IMG/VR virus record: IMGVR_UViG_3300032954_000003
Coordinates: 1 to 18,846 of that record
Length of the DNA stretch: 18,846 bases
Origin: a virus
Taxonomy: Duplodnaviria; Heunggongvirae; Uroviricota; Caudoviricetes
Strand: one strand, 5' to 3'
In this document: positions 5,083 through 13,245 of the stretch, piece after piece
Layout of the letters: every line of letters begins with the position of its first letter
Position numbering within the stretch: the stretch's first letter is position 1
Program-made: the position numbers and the translations under genes
Notes under the pieces: model-generated
What the model was told of the DNA's origin: nothing
Database searches by the model: none
What the model saw: only the letters and a program-made list of their open reading frames with translations

Positions 5083-6159
5083 ATGCCGACAGCTCTCGAA
5101 CAAGCAATAAAAGCACGCTCAGCGGCCGAATTGGTGCGTAAAGATGCACAGACAGCGGTGGAACAAGCTAACGCTGTTGTACAGGCACTTGAAGTTGCTC
5201 CAGAACCAACTCCTAAACCTGTTCCCAACCCTATATCTGAACCGACTTGGCTTGGACTTACACAAAAGGCTGCAATCCCAGGCAAGGTGCAGTTGTTCTC
5301 ACCGTTGTCATTTTGGAACCACAAGCTAACAACTAACGAAAAGGCAGCTACAGCCTCTAACTCAGCAAGCATAATCTCACAGCTGATGAGTGTGAGTGGT
5401 GGCCATCCGGCAACACTTACAAACGAAGCTGCATGGGGGAAGCCAGTGTACCTCGCATCGACATCCGATGCATTGGTGGAAGTAGTTTCGCAGGAGCAAT
5501 TTCATTACACCCCGGCTAAAGGTTCAAAGTTCCACATCCCATCGTGGGCAAAATGGACAACCGGCGGCGACGATCAGATGACGATCATTTTGCCAGAAGG
5601 TTCAATGCTGGACTTCTACCAAGTAAAGAGCTTTTCAGGCACAAGGATTGAAGCTACGCTCTGTTCCCATACAAAAGGCTCTGAAGGGCTCGGCAATGAA
5701 GGTGAATGCACTGCCGCCGACTTCGATTTGATGGGTGGCATTACACGTGGACCTGAACTTCTGGAAGGCAAAATCAACCATGCACTCTTTATCGTTACAA
5801 CACTGAGTGGTTCGAGTAAGACTGCACCGGCTCGTAGTAATGACGGTAACGAGGGATGGCGCTTGTGTCTTGATTTCGGCATGAGCAGCATCGCAGAAGA
5901 AGTAGCACACGTACAGTCACTCGGGATGTCCAAGTATGAAACCGCTCTTGCTGTTGCGATGGTGGAATACGGCGGATATGTAGGCGACCGAGGTGGTCCA
6001 GGATTCGCTTTCGGCGGTGAGGCTACCGAGACGTACACGGCAATCGGCGTTACGAATCCCTGGTCACAGATCGGCTCGGTACCAGGAGCCGCCAAGGTGC
6101 CATGGTCTTCTGCTCTCAGAGTTATTGCACCGCCACCAACAGGCAGTTATGTGGCTTGA
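5083..6159 (+). CDS. Uncharacterised protein with an extracellular-type domain after a Pro-rich linker
   Basis: SD-like AAAGGGG precedes the ATG at 5083. An Ala-rich helix leads to a PEPTPKPVP linker. The domain carries FSPLSFWN, GGITRGPEL..GKINHAL, PA..NDG and EYGGYVGDRGG, which I recall from uncharacterised bacterial extracellular proteins. Confidence 0.6.
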   Translation: MPTALEQAIKARSAAELVRKDAQTAVEQANAVVQALEVAPEPTPKPVPNPISEPTWLGLTQKAAIPGKVQLFSPLSFWNHKLTTNEKAATASNSASIISQLMSVSGGHPATLTNEAAWGKPVYLASTSDALVEVVSQEQFHYTPAKGSKFHIPSWAKWTTGGDDQMTIILPEGSMLDFYQVKSFSGTRIEATLCSHTKGSEGLGNEGECTAADFDLMGGITRGPELLEGKINHALFIVTTLSGSSKTAPARSNDGNEGWRLCLDFGMSSIAEEVAHVQSLGMSKYETALAVAMVEYGGYVGDRGGPGFAFGGEATETYTAIGVTNPWSQIGSVPGAAKVPWSSALRVIAPPPTGSYVA

Positions 6160-6210
6160 GTTCCTTGCTGAACTACTAGCGCCGCTTTTCTTGCTAGGCT
6201 ACGTGACTAT

Positions 6211-6585
6211 ATGTATGCGACACTGACAAAGGAATTCAAGTTCGAGGCTGCACATCAGCTTCTAAATCACCAAGGCAAGTGTCGTAATTTGCATGGACAC
6301 AGTTACAAGGTAGTGGTCGAGCTGGTAGGTGAGGTTCAAGGTCAGACAGGGATGTCTGACGAGGGTATGGTTGTTGACTTCGATGAAGTCAAGGCAGTCT
6401 GGAACACACTAGAACCGCTGTTAGACCATCGAAACCTCAACGAAACCCTTGGTCCACATATAGGTCCCACAACGGCTGAGAACATCGCAGGATGGCTCCT
6501 AGCTGCCTTTGTAGAGAACCTGCCACAGACTACAGCAGTAACTGTGTATGAGACCGCCACTAGCAGCGCAACGGTACGGGTGTGA
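6211..6585 (+). CDS. queD: 6-carboxy-5,6,7,8-tetrahydropterin synthase
   Basis: FEAAH, CRNLHGHSY, GMVVDF, LDHRNLNE, PTTAENIA and VYET motifs. Confidence 0.95.
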   Translation: MYATLTKEFKFEAAHQLLNHQGKCRNLHGHSYKVVVELVGEVQGQTGMSDEGMVVDFDEVKAVWNTLEPLLDHRNLNETLGPHIGPTTAENIAGWLLAAFVENLPQTTAVTVYETATSSATVRV

Positions 6586-7004
6586 TAGATCGTCTGCCTG
6601 CCAACTTACGCCAGCGTATTGTTGTAGCTGAGGATGGTTGCTGGTTGTGGGTGGGCCATTGTAATCGAGGTGGCTATGGTATCCTTGGCGGTCGTCCTAG
6701 ACCACAACTTGCGCATCGGTTGGTGTGGGCAGCACTTGTAAGTTCGGATGTACCAGAGCATCTTCACCATAGGCTGACGTGCGCAAAGCGTTGCGTCAAT
6801 CCAGACCATCTAACGGGAACAACTAACGCGGAGCATCCTGATTCGGCACCGCGTTGGCAGGCTGCTAAGACGCACTGTAAGCAAGGTCACGAGTTTACTC
6901 CTGAGAATACCTATCGCCCATCGCGTGGTGGCCGTAAGTGCCGCACATGCGCTAGGGAAGTCGAGGCGCGCAGGGCTGCGCGTTTGCGCGCTGAAGGGAG
7001 GTGA
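6582..7004 (+). CDS. Free-standing HNH homing-type endonuclease
   Basis: CWLWVG..GYG..LAHRLVW..HLHH..CVNPDHL, plus a THCKQGHEFTPENTY..RKCRTC zinc module. It overlaps the queD stop (GTGA). Confidence 0.88.
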   Translation: MIDRLPANLRQRIVVAEDGCWLWVGHCNRGGYGILGGRPRPQLAHRLVWAALVSSDVPEHLHHRLTCAKRCVNPDHLTGTTNAEHPDSAPRWQAAKTHCKQGHEFTPENTYRPSRGGRKCRTCAREVEARRAARLRAEGR

Positions 7005-7009
7005 TGCCA

Positions 7010-7768
7010 ATGGACGCTGTATCAACAGTGCGGCTCAAGACAACTCCAGTTATCGAGTGTTTTGGGCCTACCTAAGCGGGACCATTCAAGGTGAGGGCCC
7101 AGACGCTGGGAAGTCCTGTTACTTCATCCGCGTAGGTGGATGTGATTACAGATGTTCATGGTTAAAGGTGTGATAGTCTTTACGCCGTAGACCCAGCAGA
7201 AGTGCGGGAGAATGCAGAGAAGCTAACTGACGAGGAGATCCTCGCGCGTGTCGCTGTGCTGGGTGATCCCAAATTAGTGGTCATTTCAGGCGGAAATCCA
7301 GCTCTTCATCGGCTGGGTCCACTTACAGACAGATTACATGATGAAGGCTACAGAGTAAGCGTAGAGACACAAGGTTCTATCTGGCGTGATTGGTTGTACA
7401 AGGTCGATCGGCTTGTTGTAAGTCCAAAGCCACCGTCGAGCAATATGGCAACCGAAGCTCACGAAAAACAGACTGCGTCATTTATGGATGCTGCGAAGTG
7501 GATGTTGGGTCGAGTAGCCGTCAAGATTGTTGTCTTTACTGAGGATGATTATGAATGGGCGCTACGGTTCCATCAGAGATACAACTACTATCCTTTCTAC
7601 ATGAGCGTAGGAACAACTCAAGGCTTAGATGATCCCTCAACGATCGGTATTGTGTTAGACCGCTTACGATGGCTCTGTGAGCGGGTAGCAGGTGATCCTA
7701 GAGCATCCAACGTAACGGTAGGAACACAGCTTCATGTACTTGCCTGGGGAACGCGTCGTGGCGTCTGA
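7010..7768 (+). CDS. queE: 7-carboxy-7-deazaguanine synthase (radical SAM), split into three reading segments by 11-nt and 7-nt inserts
   Basis: SD GGGAGG at 6996-7001. Segment 7010-7072 ends ECFGPT. Segment 7084-7161 reads IQGEG..FIRVGGCDYRCSW. Segment 7169-7768 reads CDSLYAV..VVISGGNPAL..VSVETQGS..VVSPKPPSS..QLHVLAWG. Confidence 0.9.
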
Positions 7769-8360
7769 CGCGCCCGACTGGGCTAAAGACAAGCGTAAGG
7801 CTGTGCCTTATAACTGGTATGAGGAAGCGTTCCTCAATCTGCTATACGGCGTTGAGGGTGACGGTGCCAACCGCGATGGTCTCAAGGAGACTCCTAAGCG
7901 TGCGGCTAAGGCTTGGATAGAAAAAACAGATGGGTATGGCCGCGATCCTAGTGAGTTGTTCAAGACCTTTGAGTCAGACGGCTATGACGAGATGGTGGTT
8001 GTGCGAGATATAGAGTGGGCGAGCACATGTGAGCATCACCTCGTACCATTCTTTGGTCATGCTCATGTTGCATACATCGCACAAGGGCGGATTATTGGCT
8101 TGAGCAAGATCCCACGTTTAGTTGACCTGTATGCTCATCGCCTACAGACGCAAGAGCGTATAACCATGCAGGTAGCTGATGCATTGGAGAAGTATCTCGA
8201 ACCGGCAGGTGTGGCGGTAGTCCTGCAAGCACGGCATATGTGCATGGAGTGTCGTGGCGTCAAAAAGAGCGCCACCACGATGACAAGCGTAACCCGAGGT
8301 GCCATGCGCGACAAGGCGGCAGCTCGGGGCGAGTTCCTTCGATTGATTGGAGTACAATGA
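7758..8360 (+). CDS. folE: GTP cyclohydrolase I
   Basis: GLKETPKR, STCEHHLVPFFG, GLSKIPR, RLQTQERIT and HMCMECRGV motifs. The GTG start overlaps the end of queE. Confidence 0.96.
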   Translation: MASDAPDWAKDKRKAVPYNWYEEAFLNLLYGVEGDGANRDGLKETPKRAAKAWIEKTDGYGRDPSELFKTFESDGYDEMVVVRDIEWASTCEHHLVPFFGHAHVAYIAQGRIIGLSKIPRLVDLYAHRLQTQERITMQVADALEKYLEPAGVAVVLQARHMCMECRGVKKSATTMTSVTRGAMRDKAAARGEFLRLIGVQ

Positions 8361-9052
8361 GCGGTGCGATCGTGAGTCTGTCTGGTGGACAAGACTCGGC
8401 AACTTGTTTATTCTGGGCGCGCAAAAACTATGACACCGTAGAGGCTGTCAGCTTTGATTATGGGCAGCGCCACGCGGTTGAGCTTGAATGCGCTGAAGCT
8501 TTAGCCCATCGTTGGGATATCGCACACCGCGTCATAGCTATGCCAGCGCTTATGTCTATCGGTGGCGCTTCTCTTATAGACAACTCTATTCCTTCAAAGT
8601 TAGATGCAACTGATACAGGCAATGAGTTCGCAGCAGCGCGTGGATTGCCTTCTAGCTTCGTACCAGGTAGAAACATCCTCCTACTAGGTTGCGCAGCCGC
8701 ATACGGGCTTACACGCGGTCTCAGCACCCTTGTAAGCGGGATATGCCAAGAGGACGAGGCAGGTTATCCCGACTGTCGCGCCGCATTTGCGTCAGCACTA
8801 CAGACGACTGTACAGATTGGTACCGATACTCCCGAGTTCCAGCTAGTAACACCCCTAATGTACAAGTCTAAGGCAGAGACCTGGCAGATGGCCAAAGAGC
8901 TAGGTGTACTGGATGAGATAGTCGAGCTTACGCACACCTGCTATAACGGTAACCATTCAGATCAGCACCAGTGGGGCTATGGTTGTAACGAGTGTCCAGC
9001 ATGCCAGACACGCGCCAAAGGTTTCAATGAAGCATTCCTGGTGCATGCATGA
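8357..9052 (+). CDS. queC: 7-cyano-7-deazaguanine (preQ0) synthase
   Basis: SLSGGQDSAT, FDYGQRH, FVPGRN, GYPDCR, TPLMYKSK, THTCYNG and GCNECPAC motifs. ATGA overlap with folE. Confidence 0.96.
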   Translation: MSGAIVSLSGGQDSATCLFWARKNYDTVEAVSFDYGQRHAVELECAEALAHRWDIAHRVIAMPALMSIGGASLIDNSIPSKLDATDTGNEFAAARGLPSSFVPGRNILLLGCAAAYGLTRGLSTLVSGICQEDEAGYPDCRAAFASALQTTVQIGTDTPEFQLVTPLMYKSKAETWQMAKELGVLDEIVELTHTCYNGNHSDQHQWGYGCNECPACQTRAKGFNEAFLVHA

Positions 9053-9795
9053 TCCCAGAGCTGCCGATTCAAGATGTTCCTCTATCCGATCTACACACCA
9101 ACCCTAAGAATCCCAGGAGGATTACGCCGGAGCGTAAGGCGGCGTTGTCGAAGTCGCTTGAGCGTGAGCCGTCCATGCTTCGTGCTCGTCCGCTTGTGGC
9201 GTTGCCGGACGGCACAGTTATTGTAGGGAACATGCGACTAGCAGTCGCTCAGGAGCTTGGCTGGGAGAGCCTGCCTACAGTCTATGTCGATCTAGATGAC
9301 GAGCGCGCCAAGCTGTGGATGTTGCGAGATAACCAGGAGTATGGTGAGTGGGTGCAAGAGGATCTAGAGGCGCTCATCTACGAACTCAACGAGCAATCGG
9401 CCGATTTGGAGCTAACAGGTTTCAGTAACGAAAAGCTCGAAGAGTTGTTACACCTAGACAAGGTGGCCGAAAACGGTGAGGACGGTCAAGGTGACAAGCT
9501 GGCGCTAATGAGCGTAAGTCTTGGTGAGCCACGACACAAGACTGAGCGTGGTGAGGTCTGGATGTTAGGTGACCATCATCTTGTCATTGAGGATGTATAC
9601 ACTGGCTGGGCGACCGCTATCAAGTTCCTTGAACCTCATGATCTGTTCGTCCCTTACCCGATCCTTATTGCGCCGTTGACAGAAAGAGCCCGCGAAAAGC
9701 GTTTCGTCATGATGCAACCTGACGCATGGCTCGCAGGGCATATGTTGGACAAGTATGCTGAGATAAATGGCGAGGATACAGTGGTGAAGCTGTGA
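9049..9795 (+). CDS. ParB/Srx-like N-terminal domain protein
   Basis: L..NPKNPR.I..L..SL..PLV...GTVIVGNMRL.VA.ELGW..LP..MLRDN..GEW is the ParB-like domain of phage ParB-methylase fusions. GEVWMLGDHHL follows, but there is no methylase core. Confidence 0.8.
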   Translation: MIPELPIQDVPLSDLHTNPKNPRRITPERKAALSKSLEREPSMLRARPLVALPDGTVIVGNMRLAVAQELGWESLPTVYVDLDDERAKLWMLRDNQEYGEWVQEDLEALIYELNEQSADLELTGFSNEKLEELLHLDKVAENGEDGQGDKLALMSVSLGEPRHKTERGEVWMLGDHHLVIEDVYTGWATAIKFLEPHDLFVPYPILIAPLTERAREKRFVMMQPDAWLAGHMLDKYAEINGEDTVVKL

Positions 9796-10751
9796 TCCAA
9801 ACGGGTGGCGGCAAGTTTGATCCCGACGAACCATTTGTGTTCTTCATGGCAGCGTCCGCTTCTGTCTTCCAAATGGTTGAGGTAGGACGTTACGAACACC
9901 TACTGGTGCCTATCGGCAAGACAGGCGAACAACGACAACTCGAATCGCTGCTCGATGGTAAGATTTTCCTTGACAGTGGGATCTTCTCGCTAGCCGCTGC
10001 ACATGCACGTAAGCATGGAATGCTTGTCAACGAGGCGTTTACCTTAGCGCCGGATCAGGTAGATGGGTTTGACGCTCTCCTAAGCCGTTACATCGACCTA
10101 GCGCGCAAGCTAGGGCCGAGACTATGGGGATACGTTGAGCTGGACCTAGGAGGCGCCGACAACAAGCGCAGGATGCGCCGGTACTTAGAGGATCAAGGGC
10201 TACGGCCGATTCCCGTGTATCACCCGTTAGCGGACGGCTGGGACTATCTAGACGAGCTGCTGGACGAGTATGACCGAGTGTGCATATCGAACCTAGCTCG
10301 CTCAAGTCAAGAAGCTCGTAAACAGATCCTGCTGATGGTATGGGAACGCGTACGTCGGCACCACAACAAACCGTGGATACACCTACTAGGCTTGTCGGCT
10401 AGCCAGATCCTTCTCTCATTGCCATTCAACAGCTGTGATTCAGCCAGCTTGGCTTACAGTTTGCAGTATGGAAGTGACATGCAGATGGGCCGCGCAATGA
10501 TGGGCAACTTCAGCCAGCTAGGCGACAAAGGCTACAGCTATGACCAGTCTGTTCCCTCAGACGAGGAACGTGGCACGCCAAAGGCAGGTAAGATTGTATC
10601 TCTACTAGCACTGAGTGAACTACGCTGCTGGCGCCGGATCTGGGACGATCTCGAAACGGCAATAGGCCCTATGCCTTTGTACCCCGAGCCTTTTCCTCTC
10701 GAGCTAGATGTGCGAAGAGCGACGACCGGCTTAGGCCCACTAGTTCGCTGA
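9792..10751 (+). CDS. dpdA: DpdA-like tRNA-guanine-transglycosylase-fold DNA 7-deazaguanine inserting enzyme
   Basis: FLDSGIFS, YVELDL, PIPVYHP, WIHLLG and SCDSAS motifs of phage DpdA/TGT-like proteins. It is the last gene of a folE-queD-queE-queC cluster. Confidence 0.75.
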   Translation: MIQTGGGKFDPDEPFVFFMAASASVFQMVEVGRYEHLLVPIGKTGEQRQLESLLDGKIFLDSGIFSLAAAHARKHGMLVNEAFTLAPDQVDGFDALLSRYIDLARKLGPRLWGYVELDLGGADNKRRMRRYLEDQGLRPIPVYHPLADGWDYLDELLDEYDRVCISNLARSSQEARKQILLMVWERVRRHHNKPWIHLLGLSASQILLSLPFNSCDSASLAYSLQYGSDMQMGRAMMGNFSQLGDKGYSYDQSVPSDEERGTPKAGKIVSLLALSELRCWRRIWDDLETAIGPMPLYPEPFPLELDVRRATTGLGPLVR

Positions 10752-10911
10752 TCTCAGGCATTGTAAAGCGCTTCTCACGGGCATTGCGGATAAGGTCTGG
10801 CAGTTCCCCTCGTAGCTGCTCTAGTTCCTTCTCAGTGTCTTGTATGCGTTTGCCGACTGCCTCTAGAGCCAGCGCTGTTGTTGCATGTGGGTATTGCTTG
10901 TAGCTAGCCAT
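10669..10911 (-). CDS. Small HTH DNA-binding protein
   Basis: A coiled-coil leads to LIRNAREKRFTMPEISELVGLSRSSLFAHL. SD GGGAG is present. Confidence 0.7.
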   Translation of the reverse strand: MASYKQYPHATTALALEAVGKRIQDTEKELEQLRGELPDLIRNAREKRFTMPEISELVGLSRSSLFAHLAREEKARGTKA

Positions 10912-11188
10912 GTTTCTCCCCTGTGCTTGGGTCGCGGTGTTCCCGCAACGATGTAACGATTTGCTCAGGTGTTAGCTGTGCTTCGTTGGGTCCTGCACGA
11001 TTGTACCTCTCGTTACCAAACGGCTGCGGGTAGAAGTCCTCAGGCCAATCGTCCTCAGGACGGATGTGGAAGTGAGCTTTGAGCTGCGCCTCGTTGATGA
11101 TCCAAGAGACGGGCGCATCAACGATAGTGGACCACACAAGGTACTCATCGTTATCGGCGTCAACTATGATCGGGTAGTGCGGCATCAC
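10904..11188 (-). CDS. Hypothetical protein
   Basis: It is coupled to both neighbours by overlaps and reads YLVWSTIVDAP...NRAGPNEAQLT. Confidence 0.7.
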   Translation of the reverse strand: MMPHYPIIVDADNDEYLVWSTIVDAPVSWIINEAQLKAHFHIRPEDDWPEDFYPQPFGNERYNRAGPNEAQLTPEQIVTSLREHRDPSTGEKHG

Positions 11189-11439
11189 TTCCCCCGGATG
11201 ATTTGGTGGATGCGCTGAACTGAAAGTTTCGCCAATTGCGCCATGACCGTTATACTTAGGGTGGCTTCTGCGCCGTCTCGGATGGCGCTCTGTTGTGCAG
11301 CTCGCCGTTCGTCCAACAGGGATTGGGCCTCGGCAACCGCCGCCGTGGTCTGCTTGATCTTGGTTGTGGCTTTTGCTTGCTCGGCCACTATCACTTTGTT
11401 TGGCATCTGTCTAGGTAGAGCCTTTTGTCTTTTTGCCAT
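11185..11439 (-). CDS. Small HTH DNA-binding protein
   Basis: SD AAAGGAG. RRAAQQSAIRDG..LSITVMAQLAKLSVQRIHQIIRG has the same architecture as 10669-10911. Confidence 0.75.
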   Translation of the reverse strand: MAKRQKALPRQMPNKVIVAEQAKATTKIKQTTAAVAEAQSLLDERRAAQQSAIRDGAEATLSITVMAQLAKLSVQRIHQIIRGK

Positions 11440-12121
11440 TGTCGTCTCCTTTGTAGGTGTGTTCCAGGGTCAGCCGAGCTACGTTCAGCCGGTCGATTAG
11501 TACGGGTATGTACTTCCGACCAGTAGCCTCATCCATCTCGCGGAGTCGCTCGGCATCATCTGCAATCTCTCCTGTTACCTCAATGATGGATGAGTACCAG
11601 CCCTCGGCGAATTCCTCAGGCTTGAACTCCGGCTGTGGAATCTGCTCTGGTAGTCGTCGAGGAACTGGCTCCGGTTGCATGAGCAGCCGACACGCTGCGT
11701 TGACCGCAGTGCTCGTTACATTGCCTTTACAGGCGTCGAAAACGCGCAGCATGGTGTCCGTCCCTAGGCGTGCCTCGATCGAGGCTAGCGCTCGTATGCC
11801 ACTGACGCCAGGGTAGGTGGACTCCTTCTCAAGGTTGATGCGCCCATGCTCATCTAAGAGCAAGAGAATCCGTCCCTGAGCTGACAACTTACGTGCCAGA
11901 TTGGGTTCCAAATCATCCCACTCCGACGCTGCCCACGAACCAAAGTTCGTCTGTCCGTGCAGTTCGTGAGCATTGGCATCCTGAAGCCGGCGCAAGTCCA
12001 CGCAAAACTTCAGGCTGTTGGTCTTGATGGCTGTCCAGTGCTCCGTTGCAACAGCCATCAGCTTACGCACAGACTTCGGTGCAACCTCGCTAGATGGTCG
12101 CCTCGCTAGCTCCTTAGACAT
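11411..12121 (-). CDS. Hypothetical protein
   Basis: Long protein-like ORF. The ATG at 12121 overlaps the upstream stop. Confidence 0.7.
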   Translation of the reverse strand: MSKELARRPSSEVAPKSVRKLMAVATEHWTAIKTNSLKFCVDLRRLQDANAHELHGQTNFGSWAASEWDDLEPNLARKLSAQGRILLLLDEHGRINLEKESTYPGVSGIRALASIEARLGTDTMLRVFDACKGNVTSTAVNAACRLLMQPEPVPRRLPEQIPQPEFKPEEFAEGWYSSIIEVTGEIADDAERLREMDEATGRKYIPVLIDRLNVARLTLEHTYKGDDNGKKTKGST

Positions 12122-12305
12122 CGGACCCACCAAAGTGCCTACGAGCTGCCTCGGCTTCCAACCCAGGGGTTTCCTCGGTTATCTCACGGACACCTAGCGG
12201 AAGGAGCTTGTGTCCTGGGTGCGCTTGGACCGTTAGGAGATCGGCAATCTCGTTAGCGGTCTCGGTGTCGTCTGCTTCGAATGCTATGCGTGTCTCGAAG
12301 ATCAT
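12114..12305 (-). CDS. Hypothetical protein
   Basis: ATGA overlap with the upstream gene, in operon order. Confidence 0.6.
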   Translation of the reverse strand: MIFETRIAFEADDTETANEIADLLTVQAHPGHKLLPLGVREITEETPGLEAEAARRHFGGSDV

Positions 12306-12688
12306 ATAACGCCATCCTCGTAGGCATTGAGCGTTGCCGCACGGTCTTGAGCCTTATGGATGAGCGCTTGTAGCTGCTCTTCAAAGTTCTCGTCCGTGAC
12401 ATCGACTGTTCCTATTACGTGCTTTTCGCTAGCGCTACGTGTAATTCGTACTGCTGTAGTGCTTGACACTGGGCGCGGTGTTCCCTTCCACGATATGTGG
12501 TGTCCGATATCGGCAATGTACCCAGTGGCAGGTGCTATCTCCACGCGCCATTTGCGTTGTGTAATTTGCCTTCTGCCTTTTCGGCTGCTGCCTTTTCGGA
12601 ACGTGTACAAATCGCCAGCGCTTTTCAGGAACAACAGGACACATAGGAATATGCCGAAGATCAAGCCAGTGTCAACTAGGGAGATCAC
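12302..12688 (-). CDS. Hypothetical membrane-anchored protein
   Basis: N-terminal hydrophobic helix GLIFGIFLCVLLFL. GTGA overlap with the upstream gene. Confidence 0.65.
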   Translation of the reverse strand: MISLVDTGLIFGIFLCVLLFLKSAGDLYTFRKGSSRKGRRQITQRKWRVEIAPATGYIADIGHHISWKGTPRPVSSTTAVRITRSASEKHVIGTVDVTDENFEEQLQALIHKAQDRAATLNAYEDGVI

Positions 12689-13245
12689 AGCTTTACCCCA
12701 ATTGCTTCAAGTTGTGCCTTTGCCTCGTTGGGATCGGTCAGGCTGACAAAGGTCCAGTTCCCACCATTGGGGCTTGTCACTTTCACAACGCCGTCGCCGG
12801 TGTGTTCGGTGGTGTACTTCTGGTCCCGAGCCGTGCTCAGGTATCCGTCCACCGGCGTACGTGCCGAGGCTTCTACCCCAACCCACGTGTAGCGCTGGCG
12901 GGACGGTCCTCGACCGCTGTTAGGCTCAGCGGTCTTGCTCAGCAGTCCCTCAGCGACTAGCGGCCGAACGATTTCGTAGCAGCGACCCTCAGTCAGCTCA
13001 AACGCCGTTGCCAGCTCAGGGATCGTAAAGCCGTCTGCGCCCAGCTCACGCATCCACTGCCGGATGTCCTCCCGCTTGGTCGATTGCGTCCTAGCGGCCT
13101 TACGACGCCGCTTAGGGGCAGGTTTAGCAGGTGCCGGCGTAGGGTCGCCGAGGATCGCTTCGAGCTTCTCAGCGGCTGCGGTGTCGTTCGCAATGCGGGC
13201 CTTCAGTGCTTGCAGTGCTTCGCGGATGAGTCGATCAGCTTCCAT
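12685..13245 (-). CDS. Winged-helix DNA-binding protein
   Basis: SD AAAAGGAG. REDIRQWMRELG.DGFTIPELATAFELTEGRCYEIVRPLVAEGLL is a wHTH pattern. Confidence 0.7.
   Translation of the reverse strand: MEADRLIREALQALKARIANDTAAAEKLEAILGDPTPAPAKPAPKRRRKAARTQSTKREDIRQWMRELGADGFTIPELATAFELTEGRCYEIVRPLVAEGLLSKTAEPNSGRGPSRQRYTWVGVEASARTPVDGYLSTARDQKYTTEHTGDGVVKVTSPNGGNWTFVSLTDPNEAKAQLEAIGVKL

Noticed and set aside
7162-7164. bldA-style hungry UUA codon as the sole trigger of gap 2
   Set aside because: TTA also occurs in frame elsewhere in queE and in neighbouring genes, so it is not obviously avoided here. It is kept only as a possibility.
7070-7168. queE inserts as group I introns
   Set aside because: Insert 1 can be parsed with a U-ending exon and G-ending intron, but 11 and 7 nt cannot hold a ribozyme core. 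Insert 2 fits the rule in no register.
7202-7768. ORF-track start at 7202 as the true queE start
   Set aside because: It would omit the QGEG and CxxxCxxC motifs, which are visible upstream in other frames.
9792-10751. Canonical tRNA TGT serving the phage His and Asp tRNAs (queuosine)
   Set aside because: It lacks the C-terminal zinc site of bacterial Tgt, and there is no queF/queA/queG in the window. The motifs fit DpdA-like proteins better.
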